From contig NC_058368.1 in NCBI RefSeq assembly GCF_018350175.1, forward strand, positions 191,892,001-191,956,000: a stretch of 64,000 bases of DNA, given 5' to 3'. The notes beneath the pieces are model-generated. The model was not told where the DNA came from. It was given only the letters and a program-made list of their open reading frames with translations, and did not search any database. This document shows, in pieces, positions 12,411 through 24,366 of the stretch (position 1 is its first letter; every line of letters begins with the position of its first letter). Both the position numbers and the translations under genes were made by a program. The DNA is from Felis catus. Lineage: Eukaryota.

Positions 12411-13087
12411 TGGAAATTGTTAAGCACTGGTGCCTCATACATGCCATTATGTTATTAGCTTGGAAAACTGAGATTTGACTATGTTTACCTCAGAGAAGAT
12501 GCAGAATTTTTAGATTATTACAGTGTTATGAAATAGACAATAATGTGGGCTATTTATATAAACAATACCAGCTAAGTACCTTTATCAGCCCACAAGAATA
12601 CAGTGATGTTTTAGGAGGAACAGGAAATATATTCCCTACCCTTAAAGAGCTTACTACTTTGTTGAGTGTACTTACATACGCTGAAAATACAGAAAGCAAT
12701 GCAAGTGACCAAGTACTGAATGACACAGCACAGACACTGAAGGAGAAAATATCACCAAGAAGTGGAATGAGTAGGAAGGACTTCAAGAAAGAGCAAGCCT
12801 TGATGGAATCATACAGTAACTCAATGCCAAGCTAGGAAGAGAACTTAGATGCCAGCTCCCACCTTCTGCATATGGGGAAAGTGAAACCCAGACAGGGGAA
12901 ATGACATGACCGAGATCTCGTACGTAGGTGGAAAAGTCAGGCTCATCTGATCACAGTGCTTTCTCTTCATCACGTCTGCAATTCTGTTTTTCAAGAGAGT
13001 CACGTTTACACAAAGCAGTGGGGACTTTGAGACAGGTTGGCAGATCCATGGCAGGCTTATTTCCAGATTTTAAAAAGAGGCACTTAC

Positions 13088-14561
13088 TAAGCAAGCACCT
13101 TCTCGTCTTAAGCCAGAAGCCAGCCCTGCTAGCTTAAAATAGGTAGTAATAAAAGTAAGAATTAAAACTTCATGTGTCTGTTAGTCATCTGGATATCTTC
13201 TTTGGAAAAGTGTCTATTCATGTCATCTGCCCATTTCTTCACTGGATTATTTGTTTTCGGAGTGTTGCATTTGGTAAGTTCTTTATAGATTTTGGATACT
13301 AACCCTTTATCCAAAATGTCATTTGCAAATACCTTCTCCCATTCCATTGGTTGCCTTTTAGATTTGTTGATTGTTTCCTTTGCTGTGCAGAAGCTTTTTA
13401 TCTTGATGAGGTCCCAATAGTTCATTTTTGCTTTTATTTCCCTTGTCTTTGGAGACGTGTCATGTAAGAAATTGCTGCAGCTGAGGTCAAAGAGGTTGTT
13501 GCCTTTTTTCTCATATAGGATTTTGATGGTTTCCTTCTCACATTTAGGTCTTTCATCCATTTTGAGTTTATTTTTGTATATGGTGTAAGAAAGTGGTCCA
13601 GGTTCATTCTTCTGCATGTTTCTGTCCAGTTCTCCCAGCACTACTTGCTAAAGAGGCTGTCTTTTTTTCCATCGGATACTCTTTCCTGCTTTGTCAAAGA
13701 TTAGTGGGCCATACATTTGTGGGTCCAATTTTTGGTTCTCTATTCTATTCCATTGGTCTAGGTGTCTTTTCTTGTGTCAATACCATACTGTCTTCATGAT
13801 TACAGCTTTATAGTACAGGCTAAAGTCAGGGATTGTGATGCTTCCCACTTTGGTTTTCTTTTTCAACATTCCTTTGGCTATTCAAGATCTTTTGTGGTTC
13901 CATACAAATTTTAGGATTATTTGTTCTAGCTCTGAGAAGAATGCCAGTGCTATTTTGATTGGGATTGCACTGAATGTGTAGATTGCTTTGGGTACTATCA
14001 ATATTTTAACATTATTTGCTTTTCCAACCCATAAGTATGGAATGTTTTTCCATTTCTCTGTGTCTTTTTCAATTTCTTTCATATGTTTTCTATAGTTTTC
14101 AGCATATAGATCTTTTACCTCTTTGGTTAGGTTTATTCCTAGGTATTTTGGGGCCAACAGACACTTGAAAAGATGCTCAACATCACTCATCATCAGGGAA
14201 ATACAAATCAAAACCACACTGAGATACCACCTCACATCAGTCAGCATGGCTAAAATTAACAATCCAGGAAACAACAGATGTTGGCAAGGATGTGGAGAAA
14301 AGGGAACCCTCTTGCACTGTTGGTGGGAATGCAAACTAGTGCAGCCACTCTGGAAAACACTGTGGAGGTTCTTCAAAGAATTAAAAATAGAATTACCCTA
14401 CAACCCAGCAATAGCACTACTAGGAATTTATCCAAAGGATACAGGAGTGCTGATTCATAGGGGCACATTTACCTCAATGTTTACAGCAGCACTATCAACA
14501 AAAGCCAAATTATGGAAAGAGCCCAAATGTCCATCAACTGATGACTGGATAAAGAAAATGT

Positions 14562-14597
<36 letters not shown>

Positions 14598-15155
14598 GTA
14601 TGTATATGTGTACATATACATGTACAATGGAATACTATTCAGCAATGAAAAAGAATGACATTTTGCCATTTGCAACAACATGGATGGAACCAGAGTGTAT
14701 TATGCTAAGCAAAATAAGTCAGCCAGAGAAAGACAGATATCATACGTTTTCACTCATATGTGGAATGTGAGAAACTTAACAGAAGACCGGGGGGGAGGAA
14801 AGGGGAAAAAATAGTTACAGAGAGGGAGGCAAACCATAAGACACTCTTAAACACAGAGAACTGAGAGTTGATGGGGAGTTGAGGGTGAGGGGAAAATGGG
14901 TGATGGGCATTGAGGAAGACACCTGTTGGGATGGGCACTGGGTGTTATATGTGAATAATGAATCATGGGAATCTACTCCCAAAGCCAAGAGCACACTGTG
15001 TACACTATATGTTAGCTAACTTGACAATACATCATATTTAAAAAAAAAAAAAAAAGAATGAAAACTTCAAATGCCCTACCTGCTGAAACACTGTCTTTCG
15101 GGACAAACTGTATCTCATGGGAGTCTATGAAAGCACCAAATGTCTCCAGGGGCTC
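13088..15155 (-). pseudogene. Putative pseudo-exon (AAA3-AAA4 interval) split by an L1 insertion
   Basis: ttgtcAG acceptor at 15156 and |gtaagt donor at 13087 flank the TSD-bounded L1. Lies at the expected position, but motif similarity is weak. Confidence 0.45.
13173..15053. mobile_element. 5'-truncated, 5'-inverted LINE-1 (13173-14150 minus, 14151-15053 plus)
   Basis: ORF2 C-terminal peptides on opposite strands, 3'UTR and poly-A, TSD aagaat(t/g)aaaacttca at 13157-13172 and 15054-15069. Confidence 0.93.
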
Positions 15156-15259
15156 CTGACAAAGAACATATGGGGGCCATCCATATACAATTTACGACTG
15201 TTCCAAACAGTATTCCACCCTCAACCCACCCCACCTCCGATATCCAAACAGCAACTCAC

Positions 15260-15449
15260 CACAAAAATGGGCTTCCAGGACAATTAGCTGAACTGTCTAA
15301 ATCTGGACAGAAGACGACATTTGCAAACAGAATCTGGGAAAATGTGGTCAAACCAAGGGCAGAGGGACTACAGGCACACCTAAAACTTGTACCATCACAG
15401 GTCTGGATGGTGCTTCTCAAGGTGAAGCTGAGGCTATTTTAAGGCAGAC
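15260..15449 (-). pseudogene. Putative pseudo-exon (AAA3 lid)
   Basis: Strong acceptor ctctgtaatctcAG and donor GTG|gtgagt. LTTFSQIL weakly resembles LRDFSRVI. Confidence 0.5.
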
Positions 15450-15799
15450 CTGAGATTACAGAGGGAAAGAAATGGGATGTGCTTTGAGCCCCAAGGCATT
15501 ACCTCTGGTTCCACATTTGGCTTTCCAACATTTGAGCAGTTTAGGAATGAGGAAATAAATGGCTACAGGATGCCCTCCAGCTATACTGTGAATCCTTGCC
15601 TATGGATAACGCCTTGCTTCTCTGCCCAGGCCACTGGAGGCAGGAGAGTGTCCAGAGACAATGCACTCACCTCTCCAGGGTGGTCTGGCCAAATGGGCAA
15701 AATGCTGACAAATCAGAACCCCAATTTCTGTTGGGGTTTCATCATGTCAGGAGTGTGCTGCTTATAAAAATGTTCCCAGATACAGTCAAGATGTATCTC

Positions 15800-16965
15800 C
15801 TCAGGCAAGGGAAACAAAAGCAAAAATTAACCACTGGTACTACACCAAAATAAAAATATTTTGCACAGCAGAGGAAACCATAAACAAAATGACAATGCAA
15901 TCTGCTAAATGGAAGAAGATATTTGCAAATTATGTATCTGTTAAGGGGTTAATATCCAAAATATCATATGTTCTTTGTCAGGAGCCCCTGGAGACATTTT
16001 GTGCTTTTACAGAGTCCCATGACATACAATTTTCCCAAAAGACAGTGTTTCAGCAGGTAGGGCATTTGAAGTTTTCATTCTTTTTTTTTAATATGATTTA
16101 TTGTCAAGTCAACACCAAACCCCCAAACAATCCAGTTAAACCAATGGGCAGAGGACAGTGAATAGATATTTTTCCAAAGATGACATACAAATGGCCAACA
16201 TACCCATGAAAAGATGCTGAATATCACTCATCATCAGGGAAATGCAAATCAAAATGAAAATAAGATATTGCCTCATACCTGTCAGAATGGCTAAAATCAA
16301 AAACACAAGAAACAAGTGTTGGCAAAAATGTGGAGGAAAAGCAACATTTATGCGCTGTCGGTGAGACTGCAAACCGATACAGCCACTATGGAAGAGAGTA
16401 GGGAGGTTTTTCAAAAAATTAAAAATAGAAATACCCTATGTCCCAGTAATCACACTATGGGGTATTTACCCAAAGAAAACAAAATCGCTAACTTGAAAAA
16501 AAATATATGCACCCCTACGTTTATTGCAGCATTATTTACAGTAGCCAAATTATGGAAGCAGCTCGAGTGTCCAGAGAAAGATGAACAGATAAAGATGGAA
16601 TATTACTCTGACATAAAAAAGAGATCTTACCATTTGCAACACAGATACAACTAAAGTACATAATGCTAAGTAAAATAAGTCAGACAGAGAAAGACAAATA
16701 CCATATGATTTAACTCATATGTGAAATTTAAGAAATAAAACAAATGAACAAAGAAAAAAAGAGAGAGACAAGACTCTTAAACACAGAGAATAAACTTGTG
16801 GTTGCCCGAGGGGAGGTTGGTGGAGAGATGGGTGAAACAAATGAAGAAGATTATGAGTGGTTATGGTGATGAGCACTGAGTAATGCTCAGGGCACTGAGC
16901 AATCAATTGTTGAATCTTTATACTGTAAAGCTGAAACTAACGTAGCACTGTGTGTTAATTATACT
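15800..16965 (+). mobile_element. Older carnivoran L1 3' end
   Basis: ORF2 C-terminal remnants (KWKKIFANY, CTPTFIAALFT) and 3'UTR. Confidence 0.88.
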
Positions 16966-17260
16966 TCAGTGAAAAGAAGGAGGAGGAGGAAGAGGAAAAA
17001 AATAAAGTGATTGCCCAGTGCTGTGATCCTGCTCTTTCCCAAGCACCATGTTACTGTATACAAATACATTGCCAGGAGAGAGGAGAAATAAAAGAATGCC
17101 ATTGTTTTTCAGGCTTTCTGGCCACTGCAGCAAATCTGTGCCTAGCATGACAGAGGATGTCATTCTTTTGTTTCTCAGTTGAAATGGAAAAAAAAAAAAA
17201 AACCTCAAGATAAGGGTATAGTTAATTTTTACTAAACACCTCAGGTTCTTAGTAGCTCAC

Positions 17261-18348
17261 CTCTGTTAGGCTGATAGCCTTGCCAACTTAAGTTCAAATG
17301 GTCCAAGTCATGACATTTTCTACATCAGTTTCATTGCCTTTGGTTGTGCAGTCCAATGCTAGGCTTCCCACTTTCCTGGCCCTTTTACTGTTACTAGCTT
17401 GGATCTGAGCCTTATTTCTGACTATGGTCTTAGATACGTAGGTCAGAAAGCTAACTGTGTTTCCTTTCTCTGGAAAATTCCTGTTGGTGGGTAGTAACTT
17501 TCTTGAGAACACTGCTACTTTCAGTTTCAAAAGGAAAGAATGTTGTGATGGATTAATAATGTCTTCCACAGGCTTGGTGTAGGAAACAGGGATGACAGTA
17601 TGCACATATGGGTGAGAAAAAAATCCTTTTTCCTCCACCCATCTTAGGTTCTCTGGCTGGGGTCCTATAAATTAGATTGACAAAAGACAGATTAACAAGA
17701 GAAAAGCAAATCCAAGTTTATTAACAGGTGCACTGTGCTTACACATGGGAGCATTCTGTGATGAATAACTCAAAGGGGTAGGTAGAACTTGGGCTTATGT
17801 AACATCTTAACAAAAGAACAATAAATTTTTAGAGAAGGGCCAAGACAAAGGAAAAGGAGTTTGAACTTCCAGGGCTTGCAAATTATGGGAAGGCAAATAT
17901 ACGGGGGAACTAAAGGTAAATAAGGGCTGGTTTTAGCAAGGTTATGTACATTCCTCTTGTGCTGTAGATGGGTTGATAAAGGTCTAGAGTTGTCTCCAGT
18001 GATCAACTTCTATCATTTCTAGCACAAAGGAGAGGAGGCACACTTTTACATATTTATGTCCTGCCTTTAGGCAAATAGGAGGAGGGCAGAGAACTTTTCC
18101 TCTATCTGCTTCTTCTCAATTGTCTTCAGCTCACAATAATCCTTATGTCAAAATGGTGACATATTCTGCTCCCCTTCAAATGATATACACCTGCCATCCC
18201 ATGATGGAGACCTCCTCCTGTCTCACATGCTCAAGAGCATGGTCACTGCAACAACAAGCTTTCAGAACAACTATTACCAGCACAATAAAAGTACAGTACG
18301 TAGGTCTAAGCATGAGGAATTTAAGACTATATACATATCCAGTAACTG
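17261..18348 (-). pseudogene. Dynein HC pseudo-exon, AAA3, interrupted by an LTR
   Basis: GAG|gtgagc donor. TGYVYS..CTFI..DHALEHVRQ and (other frame) LHHG..VY resemble KGVFGP..IFIDD..PIELLRQxLDHGGWY. Solo LTR at 17609-18178 lies inside. Confidence 0.6.
17609..18178 (-). mobile_element. Solo ERV LTR (ERV1-like)
   Basis: tg...ca termini, ~570 bp, LTR-like motifs (gacaaaagacagattaacaagagaaaa; ccttatgtcaaa...ccccttca). TSD not resolved. Confidence 0.7.
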
Positions 18349-18994
18349 CTATATAGTAAATTCTTAATATTTTGATATATGAATGAGAGAAAGGGGGGAA
18401 TACATACACAGACAATATATAGGTCATGAGTCATGTACAAAGAGAAAAAATAGTACTCTAGTATTGGAGAACATGCTTTCTTAGTGAGCACCTAGTATTT
18501 CTTTCCAGTTACTGGATCCAGTCCCTCCTTCCCTGAATCCTTTTCTCCTTCACTACTGTGAATGATATTAGTAGAGGTGATAATATCAGATTTCTTCCTC
18601 TGCACTTCCTTGTAACATTTGCCCTTCCCATGTTATCAATTGGAACGCTTTGACTCCAAGTAACAGAATGCCCAAGTAGCCCAAATCAAACAATAAGGGA
18701 TTTCTTATCTCATATTTACATTAAATAATATTTGTTAGAAAGATGGAGTTAAGATCTTGTAGGTTAATTAACCCAGTGGCTCATCAGCATCATTAGGGAC
18801 CCAAACTCTCTCCATCTTAACTAAGGAAACCTTTTCCAGAACCCTCCAGCAGATGTCCTTTTGTATCTCATTGGTTGGGATTGTTTCACCTGTCTATGCT
18901 TAAACCAGCCACTGGCAAGGGGTTTTCGGGGCCATGACTAGCTTGGACGTGGCTTAGGCTTTGAGTCATTATAGGACACAGGTAAGTCTCCCTC

Positions 18995-19260
18995 CTGCAG
19001 CCACGCATCGAAGAAAAAGTTCTCAGGCACTTAGACCGAGCGGATGTGCAGAGCTGCCTCTGCCAGTGAAACAGCAGCAGCAGCAAACTGCACAGGGTCT
19101 TTATTTCATGTTGACCAGGTATAAACATCAAAGAATGTCAAAGCATGGGACGAAAATACAAAGAGCCTCCAGACACAGACCAAACAAACATCTGGTGTTT
19201 ACGGGAAAGCATGCAGGGAAGATGCACAGTTTCAGGGACTGCTAGGCAATTACAGCAGGT
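18995..19260 (-). pseudogene. Putative pseudo-exon (pre-AAA3)
   Basis: aacAG acceptor. MFIPGQHEIKTLCSLLLLL weakly resembles IIVPTxDTIRYxFLL. Position is consistent. Confidence 0.35.
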
Positions 19261-21473
19261 CTGTTCCCTAAGTGGCTCCTGGGACATCATGGGGCTCTGT
19301 TCTCATGGTGCTAACGCATTCAACAGCCTTGAGACCAGAATATCACTGATGTATCAGCAATTACCCCATTCACTTTCCCAGGGCTTATAACACAGTCTCT
19401 AGAAATAACTCCACACCCTCCTCCCTAAATTGAGGCTTTGCCATCAAAGGAGAATGGGAAATTGCTGTTGGGTAGGTAATACTCCTCAAATGGCAGAGAA
19501 ATTCACTGCTACAGAGGAGAGGTGACAGAACAGAAAAAAAATGTTCTTATCTTTTGGCTCTTAAAATTTTAAAAGCCAAGCTGGTCATATGCAAAATATT
19601 TTGAAGAATAGGAAGTGAATGAGAGGAAAAGCTCCCATACATCCTGAGACTAGATAAAGATGACCTGAGTCAAGTGGAGAGGGGAATGATAAAGGGGAGC
19701 ACAGGAGGCTCAGATGCAAATGGACTCTCAGACTCTCCACCTTACCTCTGCTTCTTCCCACCTCTACCTCAGCCCAGGCAAAATCTCATCACAAAGGACT
19801 ACAGGATGTAGTCCTGTAACGGAGGCAGAGTTCCACAACCTCCAGTGCTATGGGAGGATTACCCCCATCCCACTAAGCACCTCAAAGCCACAGGAACATG
19901 GGCCAGTGAGGCTGTGGCCTAGAAGAGGCTATGTGGTAAGAACAAGGCAGGAACTCAAGGTCAGAAGGTACACAGGCATCCCAACAGTACCTAAATCATG
20001 ATGGTGTACTCCCAATGCTTTATGAATACATTAGCACTCTAGGAATACTCCACTGGCTCAGTTATAAAATCCTACAGAAAGAGGAGAGACCTCAAACTCA
20101 CTAAAATTAAACTTTACTCCCTTTACCCTCAGGCACAAAACACAACGTAAATTTTCTTAGCTTAGATCCCCCAGCACAACGAGGACACAAAACACAAAGT
20201 AAATTCACTTACATTATGTCTCTTGCACATGAGTTGGTGGATGAGATATGTGCCTACTTCAGATACATTTTCTGCTGACTTTCACAGCTATTCTCCAACC
20301 AATTTTTAAATAAGTTTTGGCTAGCCTGAAATTCACACGATTAGAGACCAAACCAGCCTACCCCTCTAAAACTCCCTGACAATCCAATCTAAAGTAGGTT
20401 TTCTCCCCAGTATTCTCTCAGCAAACCTTATTCTTTCCTACATAGTCCTCTCACACTTCGCAATGATACACCTACTTGCTTGTTGAATGTTTCTCTTTCT
20501 GGTCCCTCCACTATGTTGCAAGCTCTACAAGGGGCTCTTTTAATCACGAATAGGCAGAATGCCTAATATAGAGGAGTTGTCCATAAATATTTGTCAACTA
20601 AATAAATAAGGACCCAACCACAAGACCTGTGCTTGTGGGCACTGTATCAGATTGTAAATGTGATTTTCCTAACAGCTCTTTGAGGTTAAGATCATTTAAA
20701 AAAAGAAGAAGAGAAAAAAATAGTTCACAGATGATAAAGTGGAAACCCACATGTTAGATTATTTAACCATCTGCATGGTGCCAGGAACCATAGATCTCTG
20801 GACTCCTGATGGTATGTTTTTCTCAGTGCACTGAAGTTGAGTACTTTCTAAATCTGGTATCACCTGAGACTCAAGAAGTGAAATTTTACCTGAGACCACC
20901 CAACCAGAAGATAAGTGAGTGGGTTTTTGTTTAGATTCTAGTCGGTTACACTGCCACGAATTTCTAAACAAGCCATAGTGTTCTTTTCTAACATTTCCAG
21001 AATGCTTAAACAGCCTGTGATTTCAAGATACTCTTTCTATGAACTCAGGTGGTCAACAGCCCAGGAGACACTGACATTCTATTCTGTATATATTCTATCC
21101 TGTACCTCCTGCTGGGAAAAATTGTCAGTCCCAGCCTGGGTGACTACCCTTTGAAGTATGTGTAAAAGACCACAACAAACTTCTCATGAGAATAAAAGGC
21201 AATGTTGCAGAGGAAGAAAATAATGTGAATTCCTGCTGCTCTTGAATTAATTAGAAATGTATTTTTCTTTCAAAAAAAAAAAAAACCAGAACATCTTGTT
21301 CTTTGCAATTGCTAAAAAGTTCTTTTTCATTTAAAAGGTTAAGTAAAGCTGCTTACATGCTCTTACATTTTTTTTGGAAAGAGCATACTGTTTCTTCAAA
21401 CTTGGGAAAGACACCATTCAATGTTTCCAGACTGGTCCAAGGTCATGTATCTTCTTTGTAGTCTTATCCTTTA

Positions 21474-21868
21474 AGCTTTTATTTAAATTCCAGTGAGTTA
21501 ATATACAGTGTAATATTAGTTTCAGGTGTACTACATAGTGATTCAACCTACCATACGACACCCTGTGCTCATCATAGCAAGTGCACTCCTAAATCCCCAT
21601 CACCTACTTAACCCACTCTGCCACCCACCTCCCCAAGGCAACCATCAGTTTGTTCTCTACAGTTAAGAGTCTGTTTTTCGGCTTGCCTCTCTATCTTTTT
21701 TATCATGTTCCCTTTGCTCTTGTTTCTTAAATTACACTTGAGTGAAATCATATGGTATTTGTCTTCCTGACTTATCTTACCTAGCACAGCACTCTCTAAC
21801 TCCGTCCATGTTGTTACAAGTGGCAAGACTACATTATTTTTTATGGCTGAGTAATATTCCATTGTATG

Positions 21869-21927
<59 letters not shown>

Positions 21928-22228
21928 GTATGTGTATGTATATGTATATATAGACACACGTACATGCATACACCACATCTACTTTATCCATTCATCAGTC
22001 CGTGGACACTTCAGCTGTTTCCATAGTTTGGCTATTGTAGATAATGTTGCTATAAACGTTGGGGTGTGGGGATTCCTTTAAATTAGTATTTTTTTATTCT
22101 GTGGGTAAATACCTAGCAGTGCAATTGCTGGATCATAGGGTAGTTCTATTTTTAACTTTTTGAGGAAACTCCATACTATTTACCACAGTGGCTGCACCAG
22201 TTTGCATCCCCAACAGTACAAGAGGTAT
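21474..22228 (-). mobile_element. L1 3' end with internal (TATATG)n
   Basis: MEYYSAIK peptide, 3'UTR, TSD tcttatcctt. Confidence 0.9.
21864..21951. repeat. (TATATG)n microsatellite
   Basis: Direct sequence. Confidence 0.95.
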
Positions 22229-22338
22229 ATTCTTATCCTTAATAATTCTTTATTTTATTATCATTGTTTGGAAAGCTACCTTATAAGATTGGCATTTCGG
22301 ATTCTTCAGTATTTGATTTGGCTTCTTAATGTGTAGGA

Positions 22339-22374
<36 letters not shown>

Positions 22375-22780
22375 GTCTTCATCTAGGGAGCCACTGTACT
22401 ATTATTGGGATCTTTTAACTGAAACTTTGGGTTATACAAATTGCTTCCAATAACTGGCCTAAATCCAATTCTAGCAGTATCAGAGCTCCAACTTTTAATT
22501 TTTTAAAGAATAAATTGTTAATCTTTCCAAAATTTAAAAATAAAACCACAGCAACCAAAGTTTTAAAAAATCTTAAACTTGTACAATTTTAAAAAATATT
22601 CCATGGTATAAAATTGATATTCTTGAAGCCATCGACTACATGACTGATTATGTGTTGTCATGATCATAAAAACAGTGATGAATTAGTTTTACTGTGTTAA
22701 AAAGCAAAACAAAACCAAAAACACCTCTTCCTCCTCCTCCCATCAAGAATCATACATTTTTTTAAAAGGAAAAAAAAAAC

Positions 22781-22874
22781 CTATGAGTTATGTAAATGCA
22801 CAGAGGACTGTGGGGTCGATGAAGAACATTCTGCAAAGCTGAGCCATATGTCCATGCATCAGGAAGAGAGAAAT
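22781..22874 (-). pseudogene. Dynein HC pseudo-exon, AAA2 lid
   Basis: ctgtAG acceptor. FSLPDAWTYGSALQ resembles FSLIWSxGGAL. Confidence 0.55.
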
Positions 22875-23488
22875 CTACAGAATGCTTAGAAAAATGACAA
22901 TTATAGTTCTAGAAGGCTAGGAGAAAATTCTAAACTTGGAAAAATCTGAAAGGTAATGGTAACTAGATTTGCAAGCAAGACCAAAGCAGAGTCAAGTTAT
23001 AGAGGTAAAGGGCAAAGCAATCAGAGGGCAGCCATGGATAAGACCTAGGAAAGGCAGCAGAGACTATCAGAAATAGTGGCTCAAAGATAAGCAAGTCAAA
23101 TATTGTAACCTTAGAATGTGGGAGATTACAAAGCTAAGTAGCATCACTCTGCAGACAGGAGAGATAGTAAAGAACTGGACACCCTCAACATATTCTGAAG
23201 AAAGCAGGGATGGCATCAGAGGTCAGAGAATGACACCTACTCATGGTGAAGGAGATGGCTTCAATGACAAGTCAGTTTGGGCCAAAAATCAGAAGGTAGA
23301 CAATGAGAACTATACTTATTTCCTCTAACCTAGATGATCCACCCCATGTTTTCAAGTAAAAGCTCTATGCATCCACCAGAGCCTCTAAAAGTCTTCCCAG
23401 ATCCCATTGGTCAAATTGATCTCACCACTTTTCAAACTAGGACTATAGTGTATCTTGTATTACAGTTAATTCTGCATTACTGATTCAC

Positions 23489-23759
23489 CTACATTTATCC
23501 TTCCAGAGTTTTCTTCCTTGCAGCAATAGTAATTTGGGGGAGGAGGGGAGTAGTTTCAAGGAAAGATTCGCATAAATTGATTTATACTGTTTGCAATCCT
23601 CCCAGTGGAAGAGACAACAAATGTGGTCCATATCCAAAATGCTTTTGAAAATGAGGCTTTCCCTGTTGTCCAAAACCCAATCTCTGACCCAAATTACCTT
23701 CATGGTTACCATACTTTCAGACCCAATAAGGATACTGTGTATGGATAATAACAACACAC
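23489..23759 (-). pseudogene. Dynein HC pseudo-exon, AAA2
   Basis: TAG|gtgaat donor. DWVLDNRESLIFKSILDMDHICCL and (shifted) SSTG..FMRIF/LET resemble KWVVFDG..WIESMNTVLDDNKKLCLxSGE..MxLIFET. Confidence 0.65.
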
Positions 23760-23794
23760 CTGTATTTTTCCTCATCCTTCATCAAAACAGCAGT

Positions 23795-24022
23795 TGGGGC
23801 GCCTGGGTGGCTCAGTCGGTTAAGTGTCCGACTTCAACTCAGGTCACGATCTCGCGGTCTGTGAGTTCAAGCCCCACGTCAGGCTCTGGGCTGATGACTC
23901 AGAGCCTGGAGCCTGCTTCGGATTCTGTCTCTCCCTCTCTCTCTGTCCCTCCCCCGTTCATGCTCTGTCTCTGTCTCAAAAATAAATAAACGTTAAAAAA
24001 AATTTTTTTAAGAAAAAAAAAT
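23795..24022 (+). mobile_element. Can-SINE (felid type)
   Basis: ggggcgcctgggtggctcag head; TSD aaaacagcagt. Confidence 0.95.
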
Positions 24023-24192
24023 AAAAACAGCAGTAAAGGGCATTCAACTATTAAGCCTAGAGTATAATCACCACCACTATGTCCTAAAATTACAAACACA
24101 GTCCTGACTGCCTCAAAGTACTTCCCAACCCATTGTTTCAGGAGCACTGAACTGACATTTCCCTGGGGGATATAAAAAATAAACAAGCCAAC

Positions 24193-24366
24193 CTCATGGT
24201 CTCTACCATCTTAAAAATGTACATGGGATTATCCCAGTATGCTATGATTTTGCTTTAAATGATTACATCTCACAGGATTCCTCGGTCTTACTTATCTATA
24301 GCATAAAGAAGACATAAAGAAGAATATCTTCTTCACCTTCAACAAGAGATTTGTTCCTACCATGCC
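24193..24366 (-). pseudogene. Dynein HC pseudo-exon, AAA1 end / AAA2 start
   Basis: tttaaAG acceptor, GAG|gttggc donor. GRNKSLVEGEEDILL resembles GNLKxKYPNENEDILL; IFKMVETMR resembles IIQLYETMxVR. Confidence 0.65.

Noticed and set aside
21608..22081. ORFs with YIYI/CICI/VYVY repeats
   Set aside because: Translations of the (TATATG)n microsatellite inside an L1 tail.
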